A DNA stretch of 64,000 bases, from positions 7,199 through 71,198 of the IMG/VR virus record IMGVR_UViG_3300041409_000508; one strand, given 5' to 3'. Shown here one piece after another: positions 1 to 9,337 of this stretch. A program made the translations under genes and the position numbers. Within the stretch, counting starts at the first letter, position 1. Each line of letters starts with the position of its first letter. This DNA comes from a virus. The notes below the pieces were generated by a model that was given only the letters and a program-made list of their open reading frames with translations, was not told where the DNA came from and ran no database searches.

Positions 1-85
1 TGCTTGGTCTGGTATGGGTACTGAGCTTGCTTGGTGGCGGCCGTGGTCGCAGCTTCTCAGGAACGTTCCAAGGCAGGATGCATTG

Positions 86-253
86 ATGACAGTAACTAAA
101 GAAGTACATATCACGTGTGATGAGATAGGTTGCCTATCTAAGCAGTCTTACTCAAATCAGACTATTTTCAATGCGCGATCTGAGGCTAAGAAGTCAGGTT
201 GGGCCTTCCAAGGCGGCCGAGATTGGTGTCCAAGTCATGCTAAAAGAAAATGA
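86..253 (+). CDS. Small Cys-rich phage protein
   Basis: CDEIGC...W...DWCPSH pattern typical of small phage zinc-binding proteins; start at ATG 86 preferred over the track start at 14. Confidence 0.5.
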   Translation: MTVTKEVHITCDEIGCLSKQSYSNQTIFNARSEAKKSGWAFQGGRDWCPSHAKRK

Positions 254-320
254 ATGACCGCTACCAAGCTCGGCTGCTGTGAGCACAGAAACGGATATCA
301 GCGACATCTAGATCAGGAGG

Positions 321-605
321 ATGATCGTGGGATGGGACAGTTGGACGAGAACGGCAACAGAGCAGAAGTATCGAGCCCGAGAGAATGCTCCGAAAGGATC
401 GCCAAGATCTGCGGTTGAGAAGGCTAAGGATCGACTCGCCGGTCACAAGAGCTGTGCTTGTGGCTGTGGCAAGAAAGGCACCGTATTCCGTAACCGCAAG
501 ATGTACGACAGCGCGTGTGCCAGAGCTCATGATCGGATGGGTGGTCCGAAGGATCGGACCCCTCCGCTAGCAAGGTCGCAGAAGCATGGCCGCTGGGATC
601 GCTGA
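321..605 (+). CDS. Hypothetical basic protein
   Basis: AGGAGG Shine-Dalgarno directly upstream; CACGCG motif. Confidence 0.55.
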   Translation: MIVGWDSWTRTATEQKYRARENAPKGSPRSAVEKAKDRLAGHKSCACGCGKKGTVFRNRKMYDSACARAHDRMGGPKDRTPPLARSQKHGRWDR

Positions 606-804
606 ACCGGGTGACGTAGTCGATACGCTACTCTCCGCAGCCATGCTAGAACTTCCTGAAGATCCATTGACCGGCAGGCTCCCTGAGTTGCTGTGGGAGA
701 CACCGATCTATGACGAGACAGTCGTCTGGTGGCTCAAAGAGCACGGCGGCCAGCCTCCCCCGCGGGAGCCGCTGGCGCTGTCCTGGTCGGGTCACCGGTC
801 TTGA
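586..804 (+). CDS. Hypothetical protein
   Basis: Overlaps the previous stop; contains an ETPIYD motif. Confidence 0.45.
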   Translation: MAAGIAEPGDVVDTLLSAAMLELPEDPLTGRLPELLWETPIYDETVVWWLKEHGGQPPPREPLALSWSGHRS

Positions 805-895
805 CACGAAGATGGGCGAAGATTTCCGGTAGCGACCCGGTGGGATGTCGTTTAAGCCTCAGCTCCCAGCAAGGACCCACCTTCGCGAAGACAGT

Positions 896-1210
896 CTAGC
901 TTCGATGTCGACCTGTAGAGACCGATCTCACCCGGCCAGGGCGCAGCACAGACAGCGCCAGCACAGTAGCCAACATCAGCACCCCGAAGCTCCGCAGCAC
1001 CGTCGCAGCGGCGAATTGGTGAGCCAGTGACGTCGCGCCGGCTGCAGCGACCAGTACAGTCAATCCGATCTTGGCTCGTACCCATCGGTAGCGCAGTAGC
1101 CGCGGTCCTGACGCCAGTACCGCTCCGCTGGCCATCGTCAGTCCTGCGGTGAACACCAGCACCGCCAGCGCCCGTGGTGGTAGCGCCGTTAACAGTGCGC
1201 AGCTGAGCAT
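896..1210 (-). CDS. Small membrane protein (DUF2269-like C-terminal part)
   Basis: Hydrophobic segments; LLRYRWVRAKIGLT and LSVLRPGR resemble an actinobacterial membrane family. Confidence 0.45.
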   Translation of the reverse strand: MLSCALLTALPPRALAVLVFTAGLTMASGAVLASGPRLLRYRWVRAKIGLTVLVAAAGATSLAHQFAAATVLRSFGVLMLATVLALSVLRPGRVRSVSTGRHRS

Positions 1211-1948
1211 CCCGAACCACAGACTCCCTGTGATCAGGTGTGTAACGAGGATGACCCGACGTGCGACGATGCGTAGCTAACGACGTGGATCACGATGAGG
1301 CTGCGCCCCACATCCAGGTGGCGTAGTCAGGCGCGATAAGTGGTTGAGGCACCCGTGCTGACCCGCAGCCACACCACACAACGTCGGCTTCAGGAGCGTG
1401 CACGAGGTAGCGCGGTCGCCGGCAGTAGTAACACTCTCCGTCATCGCAAGGATATGCTCTGTGCGGTTTGTCCGTCTCCCCAGACCCCGGAGGCTCTAGC
1501 ATGATCGCCCTTCCGCCCAGCTCAGTATTGTTGGATGAGATCACCTCAGCACACTTCAACCACCGCTGGAACGCGTGCGTCGCGCTGATCTCGACAGTGC
1601 TGAGCAAGGGCTACGCAACATGTACTCCTGAAGAGCAGGAGCGCTGGTTAGAGCGGCTGATCGAGTATCTGGAACTATCGCGCAACGCGTGGCGTAGCGC
1701 TGCCCTGGCGAGGCATTTCCCAGCCGTTGGCGATGTCGCGCCGGGGTGCGGCACCGAAGCCCAGCCAGGTCTGCAGGGAGTGCAGCAGAGCTTCGACGTT
1801 CTCACCACACAGACTGGTGGTGCAAGCCCCGACTGCGTGCGGATCGATGATCAAAGTGCTGCCGGTGTAGCGGAAGCCGAGATTGGTGAAACCCGCGATG
1901 CCATGGAGTTGGCAGGTGGCCGGTAGGACAAGTCTGTTACGCTCTGCC

Positions 1949-2087
1949 ACGACATGACTCCTCTGTGAGTTGGTAGTGCAGGTCACAGAGTAGCCATGTC
2001 GATGTTGTCTGGGCACCTGTTGACCACGATCGGTTGCCCAGACAACGACGAACCCCTACCGGCTGAGCTGTCCGGTAGGGGTTTCGT
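1949..2087 (+). promoter_or_regulatory. Structured 5' leader (three hairpins, the last terminator-like) upstream of the desulfurase
   Basis: Stems cgacatg..ctctgtga/tcacagag..catgtcg, gttgtctgggca/tgcccagacaac and acgaacccctaccgg/ccggtaggggtttcgt; TACGCT -10 at about 1938. Confidence 0.55.
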
Positions 2088-2118
2088 ATCCTTTCGTCCT
2101 ACTCGACGTTAGGAACGC

Positions 2119-3456
2119 ATGACGACTCTGCCGCTGGTCGGTGATGATGTTCTCGTGCCGCTGGTGACAGGCGGTATCTGCCGATATCGAAATTTCGACT
2201 ATGCCGCGTCCACACCCTGCCTGCTGTCGGTTCATCAAACTGTTGAGAAGTTGCTGCCCTGGTACAGCTCAGTGCATCGTGGCGCCGGCTGGAAGTCGCA
2301 AGTTACGACAAAGGCATATGAAGATGCAAGAGAAACGGTACGCAGCTTCGTCAATGCTCGTCCGGATGACTGTGTGTTGTTCACCCGCAACACTACTGAT
2401 TCGATCAACTTATTGATTTCCATGCTGCCACAGGATGCTGTTGTGGTGACTTGGGCATCGGGACATCATGCCGCACTGCTCCCACCTCGACGTCGTTATG
2501 TGATCACACTGCCGATCCCCACTAATTCTGATGAAGCTCTTAGTCGATTAGAGATAGCATTCCAAGGCATATATCCTCAAGCTTCTCTAGTGGTGGTCAC
2601 TGGTGCTAGTAACGTCACTGGCGAAATCTGGCCCTATCATAAGATCACTGAACTAGCTCACCAGTATGGCGCTCGTGTGTTACTTGACGCCGCACAGCTG
2701 GCACCACATCAGTTGATCGATCTGACTGCCAGTGATGTGGACTACATTGCGTTCAGCGGCCACAAGCTCTACGCGCCCTACGGTGCCGGCGTGCTGGTTG
2801 GACGTTGTCACTGGCTGGAGGAGGGAGAGCCGTTCCTAGCCGGTGGCGGTGCGGTGGACTTCGTCCGTGTTGAAGACGTGCTGTGGTCCGAGCTGCCGGA
2901 TCGGCAGGAAGCAGGATCACCGAATGTGCTGGGAGCGGTAGCGTTAGCTCAAGCCTGCCGAACATTGATGTCAGTTGACTTACAGAAGATAGCCACGCGA
3001 GAAGCCATGCTGATCGACGTACTGCGCACTGGCCTAGCGGCGATACCCGGCATTAAATTCTATCGAATGTGGCCAACAGATCACCCACAGGTCGGGATAC
3101 TTACGTTTAACCTGTATAACGTGCCTTACGCGAAGTTGGCTGCAATCCTGTCAGCGGAGTACGGCATCGGTGTCCGACATGGCTGTTTCTGTGCGCATCC
3201 GCTGATGATGCATCTTCTCGATATGAGCGACGATGAAGCTCTAGCTATCGCTACTGATCGACGGTTAGGACGAGCTACCCAAGTACCAGGCGCGGTACGA
3301 GCTTCAGTAGGAGTCGGGACGACAGTCGAAGATGTGCTGGCGCTGGTCACAGCAGTAGAAGAGATTGCAGTTGGGTATCGCAGGTGGGATTATCAGAGCA
3401 CGCTAGATGGTACCGACTGTGTGCCGGTGCCTGATCCACGTGAGTATCCTGTTTAG
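2119..3456 (+). CDS. PLP-dependent aminotransferase class V / SufS-like cysteine desulfurase
   Basis: Motifs NFDYAAST, VHRG, FTRNTT, SNVTG, DAAQ, SGHK (PLP lysine) and RHGCFCAHP (catalytic Cys loop). Confidence 0.9.
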   Translation: MTTLPLVGDDVLVPLVTGGICRYRNFDYAASTPCLLSVHQTVEKLLPWYSSVHRGAGWKSQVTTKAYEDARETVRSFVNARPDDCVLFTRNTTDSINLLISMLPQDAVVVTWASGHHAALLPPRRRYVITLPIPTNSDEALSRLEIAFQGIYPQASLVVVTGASNVTGEIWPYHKITELAHQYGARVLLDAAQLAPHQLIDLTASDVDYIAFSGHKLYAPYGAGVLVGRCHWLEEGEPFLAGGGAVDFVRVEDVLWSELPDRQEAGSPNVLGAVALAQACRTLMSVDLQKIATREAMLIDVLRTGLAAIPGIKFYRMWPTDHPQVGILTFNLYNVPYAKLAAILSAEYGIGVRHGCFCAHPLMMHLLDMSDDEALAIATDRRLGRATQVPGAVRASVGVGTTVEDVLALVTAVEEIAVGYRRWDYQSTLDGTDCVPVPDPREYPV

Positions 3457-3701
3457 CGCCAGTCGCGGTGGTGCCCGCCGCGGTCGTCACGGTCGCCATC
3501 GCCTTGGTGCCGGCGTGGCTCACACTGGGCATACCAGCGATGCCAACGCCAGTCATACTGCCAGTGGCAGTCATCACGGTCGCTGGTGTACGTGCTGTGT
3601 GACACTTCGCCAGTCGATGCGGCAGTCGAGGCCAGTGCGGGACTCGCGCCGGCCAGCGCCGCGGCGCCGGTCAGCGCTAGGGCTGTCAAGATTCGCTTCA
3701 T
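3453..3701 (-). CDS. Small secreted protein
   Basis: Signal peptide MKRILTALALTGAAALAGASPALA; Cys-flanked Trp-rich loop and His/Arg/Asp tail. Confidence 0.65.
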   Translation of the reverse strand: MKRILTALALTGAAALAGASPALASTAASTGEVSHSTYTSDRDDCHWQYDWRWHRWYAQCEPRRHQGDGDRDDRGGHHRDWR

Positions 3702-3759
3702 GTCGTGTCAATCGCGCTAGGGTGCACATCCGTTAGCGTCCGACGACGTTAGGTATGGC

Positions 3760-4401
3760 ATGCGCACACCTAGAGGCTTGATAGTGATCATAAGTTCTGC
3801 CCTGCTGGTCGGCTCGGGCATGAGCGTTGCTGTCGCTGCCCCAGGAGACCCCTGCGCGCCTGGCCGCACGCTGGTCGGGCTGTTCTGTCTTCCTGATCCC
3901 AATGCGGCACCAACGCCTACGCCAGCTCCTGTGTCTCCAGCACCACAGCCAGCGCCGACTAAGCCGACACCACCAGTGCATAGAGCACAGCCAGCACCAG
4001 TTGCTCCTGCTCCCCCACCACCTGCCGCACCAGCGCCTCCGCAGTCAACGACTCCTGAGTGTCCTGTGGGCAGTGTGGCTGTCGGGCTGCTCTGTCACGA
4101 ACCTTCCCCTTCAGGACTACCGACCGCTGATCAGGAGCGGCTTGCTCTGGTGCGGTTGTGCTTACAGATCCGTGCTGGTCAGATCATCGGTGCACAGACT
4201 GGCGGGCCTATCACCACACCAGACAATTCGGCTGTCAAGGCCGAGCTGGTCTGTGACATCACCAAACCATTGCCGCCTATTGTGGCACCACCGCCACCTG
4301 CAGAAACAGTGCCTGCGCCTGCTCCCGCCAGTCCTCCTCAACCCCCGACTGCGGGGCAGAACCTGCAGAACAACCCCCAGCCAGTCGAGGTGACTCACTG
4401 A
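3760..4401 (+). CDS. Secreted proline-rich protein
   Basis: Signal peptide; two C-x-x-G-x(3)-VGL-x-C repeats separated by Pro/Ala linkers. Confidence 0.65.
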   Translation: MRTPRGLIVIISSALLVGSGMSVAVAAPGDPCAPGRTLVGLFCLPDPNAAPTPTPAPVSPAPQPAPTKPTPPVHRAQPAPVAPAPPPPAAPAPPQSTTPECPVGSVAVGLLCHEPSPSGLPTADQERLALVRLCLQIRAGQIIGAQTGGPITTPDNSAVKAELVCDITKPLPPIVAPPPPAETVPAPAPASPPQPPTAGQNLQNNPQPVEVTH

Positions 4402-4446
4402 TCATGCTATTGTCGGCGCTAATCACTTCGACAAAGGGGAGAACTT

Positions 4447-4779
4447 ATGGCACTCGTACAGACACGGGTAGATGACATCGACGGGACTGAGGCGGCAGGT
4501 GAGTTTACTTTCGCGGTGAACGGCACGAGCTACGCCATCGACCTGTCAGAGGCGAACGTCAAAGAGTTTCACGCGGCTATCGGTGGCTTCATCGAGTCAG
4601 CCCGCAAGGTCGGTAAGGTGGCGTCTGCCAGCGGTAAGAGCCATGTGTCGACCTCGATGCGCCAGAGTCGTGAGCAGACCGCAGCCATCCGGGAGTGGGC
4701 TCGCAAGGCTGGCTACAACGTCAGTGACCGCGGCCGTATCCCCAGCGAGGTACAGAAGGCATTCAATGAGCAGGCTTAG
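4447..4779 (+). CDS. lsr2: Lsr2 nucleoid-associated protein
   Basis: VDDIDG, YAIDLS, IREWAR and VSDRGRIP (RGR AT-hook); AAGGGGAG SD. Confidence 0.95.
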   Translation: MALVQTRVDDIDGTEAAGEFTFAVNGTSYAIDLSEANVKEFHAAIGGFIESARKVGKVASASGKSHVSTSMRQSREQTAAIREWARKAGYNVSDRGRIPSEVQKAFNEQA

Positions 4780-4888
4780 GGGCGTGCTGGCCGCGGTGTT
4801 CGTGGCCGGTGCGCTGGCGATCGGTGCTGCAGCGCTCGTCGCTCCACAGGACCCCTGCACCGAGTTCACCTGTGGCGGGATCGTCTGA
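4766..4888 (+). CDS. Small membrane/secreted peptide
   Basis: ATG overlapping the lsr2 3' end; single hydrophobic helix. Confidence 0.4.
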   Translation: MSRLRGVLAAVFVAGALAIGAAALVAPQDPCTEFTCGGIV

Positions 4889-4932
4889 TAGGCTTCGTCA
4901 CGCGAAGCTGGAGCTGTTTACAGTTGCTAGAG

Positions 4933-4974
4933 CAAGCCCTGACCGGACCCCAGTAGCCAGTCAGGGCTTGTTTC
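4933..4974. terminator. Hairpin terminator where the plus- and minus-strand operons converge
   Basis: caagccctgac/gtcagggcttg stem followed by tttc. Confidence 0.7.
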
Positions 4975-5132
4975 TATTGGTCACCAACTCCAGCCGGTCG
5001 ACGCGGGCGGCTGGGGTCCTGGTCCGTTGGGCGTGCCATAGTCAGGCCCTCCGTAATACGGGCCTCCACTAGGTGGCACCGGGTGGCCGTCAGTAGGTAG
5101 TGGCAGTGCTGAGGTGAAGATCTCCGAGATGG

Positions 5133-5666
5133 TCACGACTGGCTCACGATCCTTCGGTAGAGGTCGTCTGGACTGACCAGGTTGGCAGCCTGAGCACCTG
5201 TGTCGATGACGATGCCAGCGTGGCGGTAGCAGTCGGCGACCAACGCTGAGCACACCCGCCAGCTGTCCTGTTGAAACACTCGATCAAGCTGCGCCTCAGT
5301 CCGCAGCTTCAGAAGTTCCAACGCGAAGCCGATATACGAAGCGTAGTCATACGGAGTGCCGACCATTGCTTGAGCTTTGGCAATGATGGCAAGACGCTGG
5401 TCATCACTGAGTGACTCGTGGATGTTCCACACCGCGTCAGGATGGCTGTCTGCGGAGACCACCCGAGCCACCAGAGTATGGCCTTCGACTATCTGGCCGT
5501 TGCCTAAGTGTAGAAAACAGTGTCCAGCCCAAGAGTCCGTGGCATGGCGCACCAGCTCCCCGACGATACCGACACCATGGCTCACCCCGTAGCAGCCAGG
5601 AGCCACCACAGAGCCGTCACGGGAGATGTAGGGCGCCAGCTCGGACAAGACGACAGGTGCGATCAC
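5133..5666 (-). CDS. Permuted papain-like NlpC/P60 amidase (YiiX/YaeF-like)
   Basis: His (AGHCF) precedes GTPYD and the catalytic Cys (VCSALVADCY). Confidence 0.7.
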   Translation of the reverse strand: MIAPVVLSELAPYISRDGSVVAPGCYGVSHGVGIVGELVRHATDSWAGHCFLHLGNGQIVEGHTLVARVVSADSHPDAVWNIHESLSDDQRLAIIAKAQAMVGTPYDYASYIGFALELLKLRTEAQLDRVFQQDSWRVCSALVADCYRHAGIVIDTGAQAANLVSPDDLYRRIVSQS

Positions 5667-5827
5667 CAGTCACCGCTGACACCCGTCGTGCCGGCGTCGG
5701 CAGGCGCGCTGGTGGTTGGTGGGTTGGGGCAGAAGCCAGGCGTATCACCACACATCGTCATGCTCCCGATCGCCAGCCCACTGGCGATCACAAACGCCAG
5801 CGCCGCCGCTATCACAGTGTGTCTCAT
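5663..5827 (-). CDS. Small secreted/membrane peptide (not in ORF track)
   Basis: MRHTVIAAALAFVIASGLAIG...; stop overlaps the next start (GTGA). Confidence 0.5.
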   Translation of the reverse strand: MRHTVIAAALAFVIASGLAIGSMTMCGDTPGFCPNPPTTSAPADAGTTGVSGDW

Positions 5828-5959
5828 GCCATCAGACTACTTCACCAGAAGTTTTGATCGAACAAACTCATAGTCTGGATCAAGGAAGTCAGCGAAGTAT
5901 CGAAGCTCATCAGCCAGCATGATCCGAACAAACCTGATGATCCGTCGCATGGCTTCAGG

Positions 5960-6499
5960 TTACGTTGTTGGCTCGTTAGGTTGGTCCGCGGCCACTGGCG
6001 GCACCAGCGGTTGGTACTTAGCTGTGTTGGGTTCTGGTGGTGCTGGGATCTGGCCACCTGTAAAGATCTTGTCTGATCGACCGGTGTCGAGTGGCACGCC
6101 AGGCGTGGCTTTCGGCACGACCGGTAATGCTCCGTGCGCGCCAGTGGTCTCAGCCATGCCTGTGATGACATATCCTGATGGTATTTTAGCGACGTTGACA
6201 ACGCCAGTAGTCAGATTTGCATAATCAGTGGTCGGCAGGTTGGTGTAAGTCGCACCGCCGATAGCAACGATATTAGAATACGTATTCGAATTCCATGACG
6301 TCATCACGCCGGTTTCTTGCGGTGGCTCTGGTGTCGGTTCGGCATTGCTCTTGAAGAACACAGCTACTGGAGTAAGCACTGCGGTAGCGATGATCGCCCA
6401 TGGTGGTGGCGCGTGTTGGAACGGGATGGCAGCCAATACGGCTGTAGCACCGGCAAGCACTGTAGCAGCAATTGCCTTATCAAAACTCGTAAAGGCCAT
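5960..6499 (-). CDS. Holin-like N-terminal TM domain with Pro/Thr-rich tail
   Basis: ATGA-coupled to the endolysin stop; two TM helices starting KAIAATVLAG. Confidence 0.55.
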   Translation of the reverse strand: MAFTSFDKAIAATVLAGATAVLAAIPFQHAPPPWAIIATAVLTPVAVFFKSNAEPTPEPPQETGVMTSWNSNTYSNIVAIGGATYTNLPTTDYANLTTGVVNVAKIPSGYVITGMAETTGAHGALPVVPKATPGVPLDTGRSDKIFTGGQIPAPPEPNTAKYQPLVPPVAADQPNEPTT

Positions 6500-7452
6500 C
6501 AGACGGTCGCTCTCGTTTCGAGACACAGCGTGGCGCCCTCTGGGCATGACGTCAGATCCCAAGTAATCACCATATGCGTAGTGCCGTCTTTGACTTCGAC
6601 CCATGCGCGTGACGTGAGGTTGTCTTTATTCGGTGTCAGCACTTTGTCATCCCAGGTCCAGGCGTTAACACCGGCAGCGTCGCTCTGTGCGTAGACATCG
6701 ATCTGACCAGGACCGGTCATCGCTACTGTGGATGCCGACAGCCAAGCGAGTCGCCGGTCGGCTGAGGCTGATCCAGTAGGGCAAATGATGACCTTACGAC
6801 CTTTACCACTGATGAAAAAGTTCTGCACGTTGTCATCCTCTTGTCGGGCTACTCGGGTATACGGATGCTGACCGAAGTCAGGGCGCATCATTGCTTCGTT
6901 GACATCACAAGGAATACCATCGACTACCACAGTCACAATATGCTGGTAGATGTGCGCACGCGGTTCGATCTGCCCACCAGACCAAGCACCGGCTTGCCAT
7001 GCCCACGTAGCCGTTCCGTTGTCGAGACAACGTTTGACTACGTAATATCCGCCATAAATGCCGACTCGATCAACACCGATTACGCTCGCAGCACCACGTA
7101 GATAGCTGTCGATAGCTACTTGATCCGACTCCGTTGCATCCCAATCCGCTGAAAACATAACCGGACGTTCGTCTGCCGGATAGCCGATTCCTTCCAGCGT
7201 TGCTTGAGCTGAAGTAGCATCATCAACACCAGCCGCATAACCTCGCTTCATACGGTCCGCAGTGGTTTCGTAATTGACTACGACAGCTACGTCAGCAGCG
7301 ACCAACGCATCGTATTCGGGTTTCTTCAGTAGCTTACCAGGAAGCCCTGGGCCACCATCAGTCAAATATCTAGCTACAAACCCGTATCCAGCAGCTTTGA
7401 TCGCAGCAGCACTCGGTACACCACCGGCATAGTCAAGTCCAAGCAACGGCAT
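6499..7452 (-). CDS. Endolysin, DUF1906/GH25-like glycoside hydrolase
   Basis: GLDYAGG, FVARYL, VVNYET, FSADWD, GIYGG, WQAGAWS and CDVNE motifs; lysis-cassette position. Confidence 0.85.
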   Translation of the reverse strand: MPLLGLDYAGGVPSAAAIKAAGYGFVARYLTDGGPGLPGKLLKKPEYDALVAADVAVVVNYETTADRMKRGYAAGVDDATSAQATLEGIGYPADERPVMFSADWDATESDQVAIDSYLRGAASVIGVDRVGIYGGYYVVKRCLDNGTATWAWQAGAWSGGQIEPRAHIYQHIVTVVVDGIPCDVNEAMMRPDFGQHPYTRVARQEDDNVQNFFISGKGRKVIICPTGSASADRRLAWLSASTVAMTGPGQIDVYAQSDAAGVNAWTWDDKVLTPNKDNLTSRAWVEVKDGTTHMVITWDLTSCPEGATLCLETRATV

Positions 7453-7532
7453 CTAGCCTCCTAACGAAAAATAGGCGCGGGGCTGATGCCTCACCAGGAG
7501 AGACACCAACCCCGCGCACGATACTGGTTTGA

Positions 7533-7925
7533 TCAGGAGGTAGCCGGTGCTCCTGGTGCTTGCGTACCCGTGACATCAGCCTGCGTCGTGCTCGCTGCCT
7601 CAGTGCCCGCAGCAGGAGGCGCTGCGTCCCCACCTGATGCCGCTGGCGGGTTGGCCAGCGTCTGCAGTTGGTCTGCTAGCGGCTTCAGGCGCTGCACTAC
7701 GCTGTTCTCTGTATCGGCTTTGGTTGTGAGGTCAGCCTGATGTTCAGCGGTGAGCTTTGTGATGGCGTCTTCTAGTTCGGTCACCAGGTCATCCACAGCG
7801 GACATTGTCGCCTTCCATGAGACTAGTGCGGCTTGCATTTCGATGAGTAACTCTGTGAGATTTTCGATCTGTGGTGTGATGTCGGGAGTCGGCGTCGCTG
7901 GAGTTGTTTTAGTGAACGGCCACAT
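7533..7925 (-). CDS. Coiled-coil protein of the lysis region
   Basis: Heptad-like acidic helix followed by a Pro/Ala tail. Confidence 0.5.
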   Translation of the reverse strand: MWPFTKTTPATPTPDITPQIENLTELLIEMQAALVSWKATMSAVDDLVTELEDAITKLTAEHQADLTTKADTENSVVQRLKPLADQLQTLANPPAASGGDAAPPAAGTEAASTTQADVTGTQAPGAPATS

Positions 7926-7926
7926 G

Positions 7927-8256
7927 TTAGAGGATGTTGCCGATAAGACCCTTAAGCGAGTCGATGGCATTAGCCGGTGTCTTGAGAATCGTCGTAATAG
8001 TGGATACCGGAGTTACCAGCGGAGTGGCCTGCACCGCGACAGTCTTAGCAGCGACGAACACCATCACGCCGGACACGACAGCCGGTAGCAGCTTCAGCAG
8101 GCCGACCAGTGCGCCACCCTTTGGTACGAGTGCCTTAGGGACTAGGCCGCTGCTGAGTGCTGCGGTGAGCACAGTAGTGGCGAGGCCGACGCCGATGCCT
8201 ACTACGTTGGCGATGTCATGGACAGGCTTGGCTGAGGTTAGATCAGGGGTGGTCAT
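7927..8256 (-). CDS. Holin-like membrane protein
   Basis: Two TM segments and a C-terminal VTPVS motif as in actinophage holins. Confidence 0.55.
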   Translation of the reverse strand: MTTPDLTSAKPVHDIANVVGIGVGLATTVLTAALSSGLVPKALVPKGGALVGLLKLLPAVVSGVMVFVAAKTVAVQATPLVTPVSTITTILKTPANAIDSLKGLIGNIL

Positions 8257-8936
8257 GTGGCTCTCCTCTTGGGGTTACCGATCTTGGTGTGCCGCGATAA
8301 CGGCAGTCTGTTACGGATCGTGAGATAGTCGACAATGGCGAAAGGTAGTCCGGTCAGTGCGATAAACCAGCCTACTATCAGAGTGATCTCAATAGCCAGC
8401 AATGAAGTCTCGCTATGTGCTGCGTAAAGCAGCTCTAGTGGAGCTATTACCAGTAGAGTGATCACAAGTGCGTCAAGAATGTGCAGCCACCAGATAAGCT
8501 TAATGCTGCGTACAGCGAGTTTCGGATCAATTCGGCGTTCGGTGTAATCTTTAGCATCGATCTCAGCTACGAATCCGAGTGTGCACAGTGCCAGCACCTC
8601 ATGCTCGTCTCGGACGACGATGTCCCACTCCCAGTACCGGCCGTGCTGACTGACACACTCCGCAGTCACGGTCACCACAGCACCCCGGACGGCCGGTGCA
8701 AGATGCTCCATCACCTGCTTCACACCCAGAGACACTCCCGGCATCGCCGACATGACCGCCAGTTCGCACAGCCACAGCAGCCGCGCGGTGGCGATGACGT
8801 GCGGTTTCCACCGCGAGCACCCCAGGCAGCGGTAGATCCTCGATGCGAGGTCCTTGCGCCGGATTCGGTAGCACACCGCACGCTGGATACCGACTGAGCT
8901 GCGCTGCGCTGTCGGCGCTGGGAGGTAGGTGGTCAC
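8253..8936 (-). CDS. FlK-like hotdog thioesterase fused to two C-terminal TM helices
   Basis: VIATARLLWLCELA...SLGVKQVMEHLAP retains the Thr/Glu/His triad of fluoroacetyl-CoA thioesterase. Confidence 0.65.
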   Translation of the reverse strand: MTTYLPAPTAQRSSVGIQRAVCYRIRRKDLASRIYRCLGCSRWKPHVIATARLLWLCELAVMSAMPGVSLGVKQVMEHLAPAVRGAVVTVTAECVSQHGRYWEWDIVVRDEHEVLALCTLGFVAEIDAKDYTERRIDPKLAVRSIKLIWWLHILDALVITLLVIAPLELLYAAHSETSLLAIEITLIVGWFIALTGLPFAIVDYLTIRNRLPLSRHTKIGNPKRRAT

Positions 8937-8944
8937 CGGACTAT

Positions 8945-9337
8945 CTAACGACCAACCTCAGGATCAGTCACGTCAGGGTGTGCTATGACTCGCTTGCGCA
9001 TCGCCTCGATCTGACCGTTGGCTATGACCAAGTCGGTCTGAAGCTGAGCAACCAACATTGCCAAGCGCGAGGTCTCACTGTTGGATCTGGCCAGCTGGTT
9101 GGCGAAGTCGGTCCGATCAGCGCTACGCCGGGTGTCCAGCTTCTCCAGCGCCTCAGTGAGGATCTGCACCTGCGTCTGCAGCTGAGTGACCAGCGTAGAG
9201 GCTGAGGTGACGATCGCAGCATCTGAAGTGGTATTGAGCTGGCGTAGCTGGCCGCGGCGGCTGAACAGGTAAGTCAACAAAGCTACAGCAGGTGCAGCGA
9301 GGCCAGCGACCACAACAGTCAGAGCATCGAGATTCAC
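8945..9337 (-). CDS. Membrane-anchored coiled-coil protein
   Basis: N-terminal TM helix followed by a coiled coil; GTGA coupling. Confidence 0.6.
   Translation of the reverse strand: MNLDALTVVVAGLAAPAVALLTYLFSRRGQLRQLNTTSDAAIVTSASTLVTQLQTQVQILTEALEKLDTRRSADRTDFANQLARSNSETSRLAMLVAQLQTDLVIANGQIEAMRKRVIAHPDVTDPEVGR

Noticed and set aside
1290-1926. Overlapping ORFs 1290..1607(-) and 1468..1926(+)
   Set aside because: Both are plausible but conflict, and neither has a recognisable motif, so I could not decide which is real.
1975-2030. SAM-IV riboswitch or polycysteine leader peptide before the desulfurase
   Set aside because: GGTCA..TGACC is present but the GGCAACC/GGUGC core is not recognisable. 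The Cys-containing frame (TGT CGA TGT TGT) follows a TAG stop and has no start codon.
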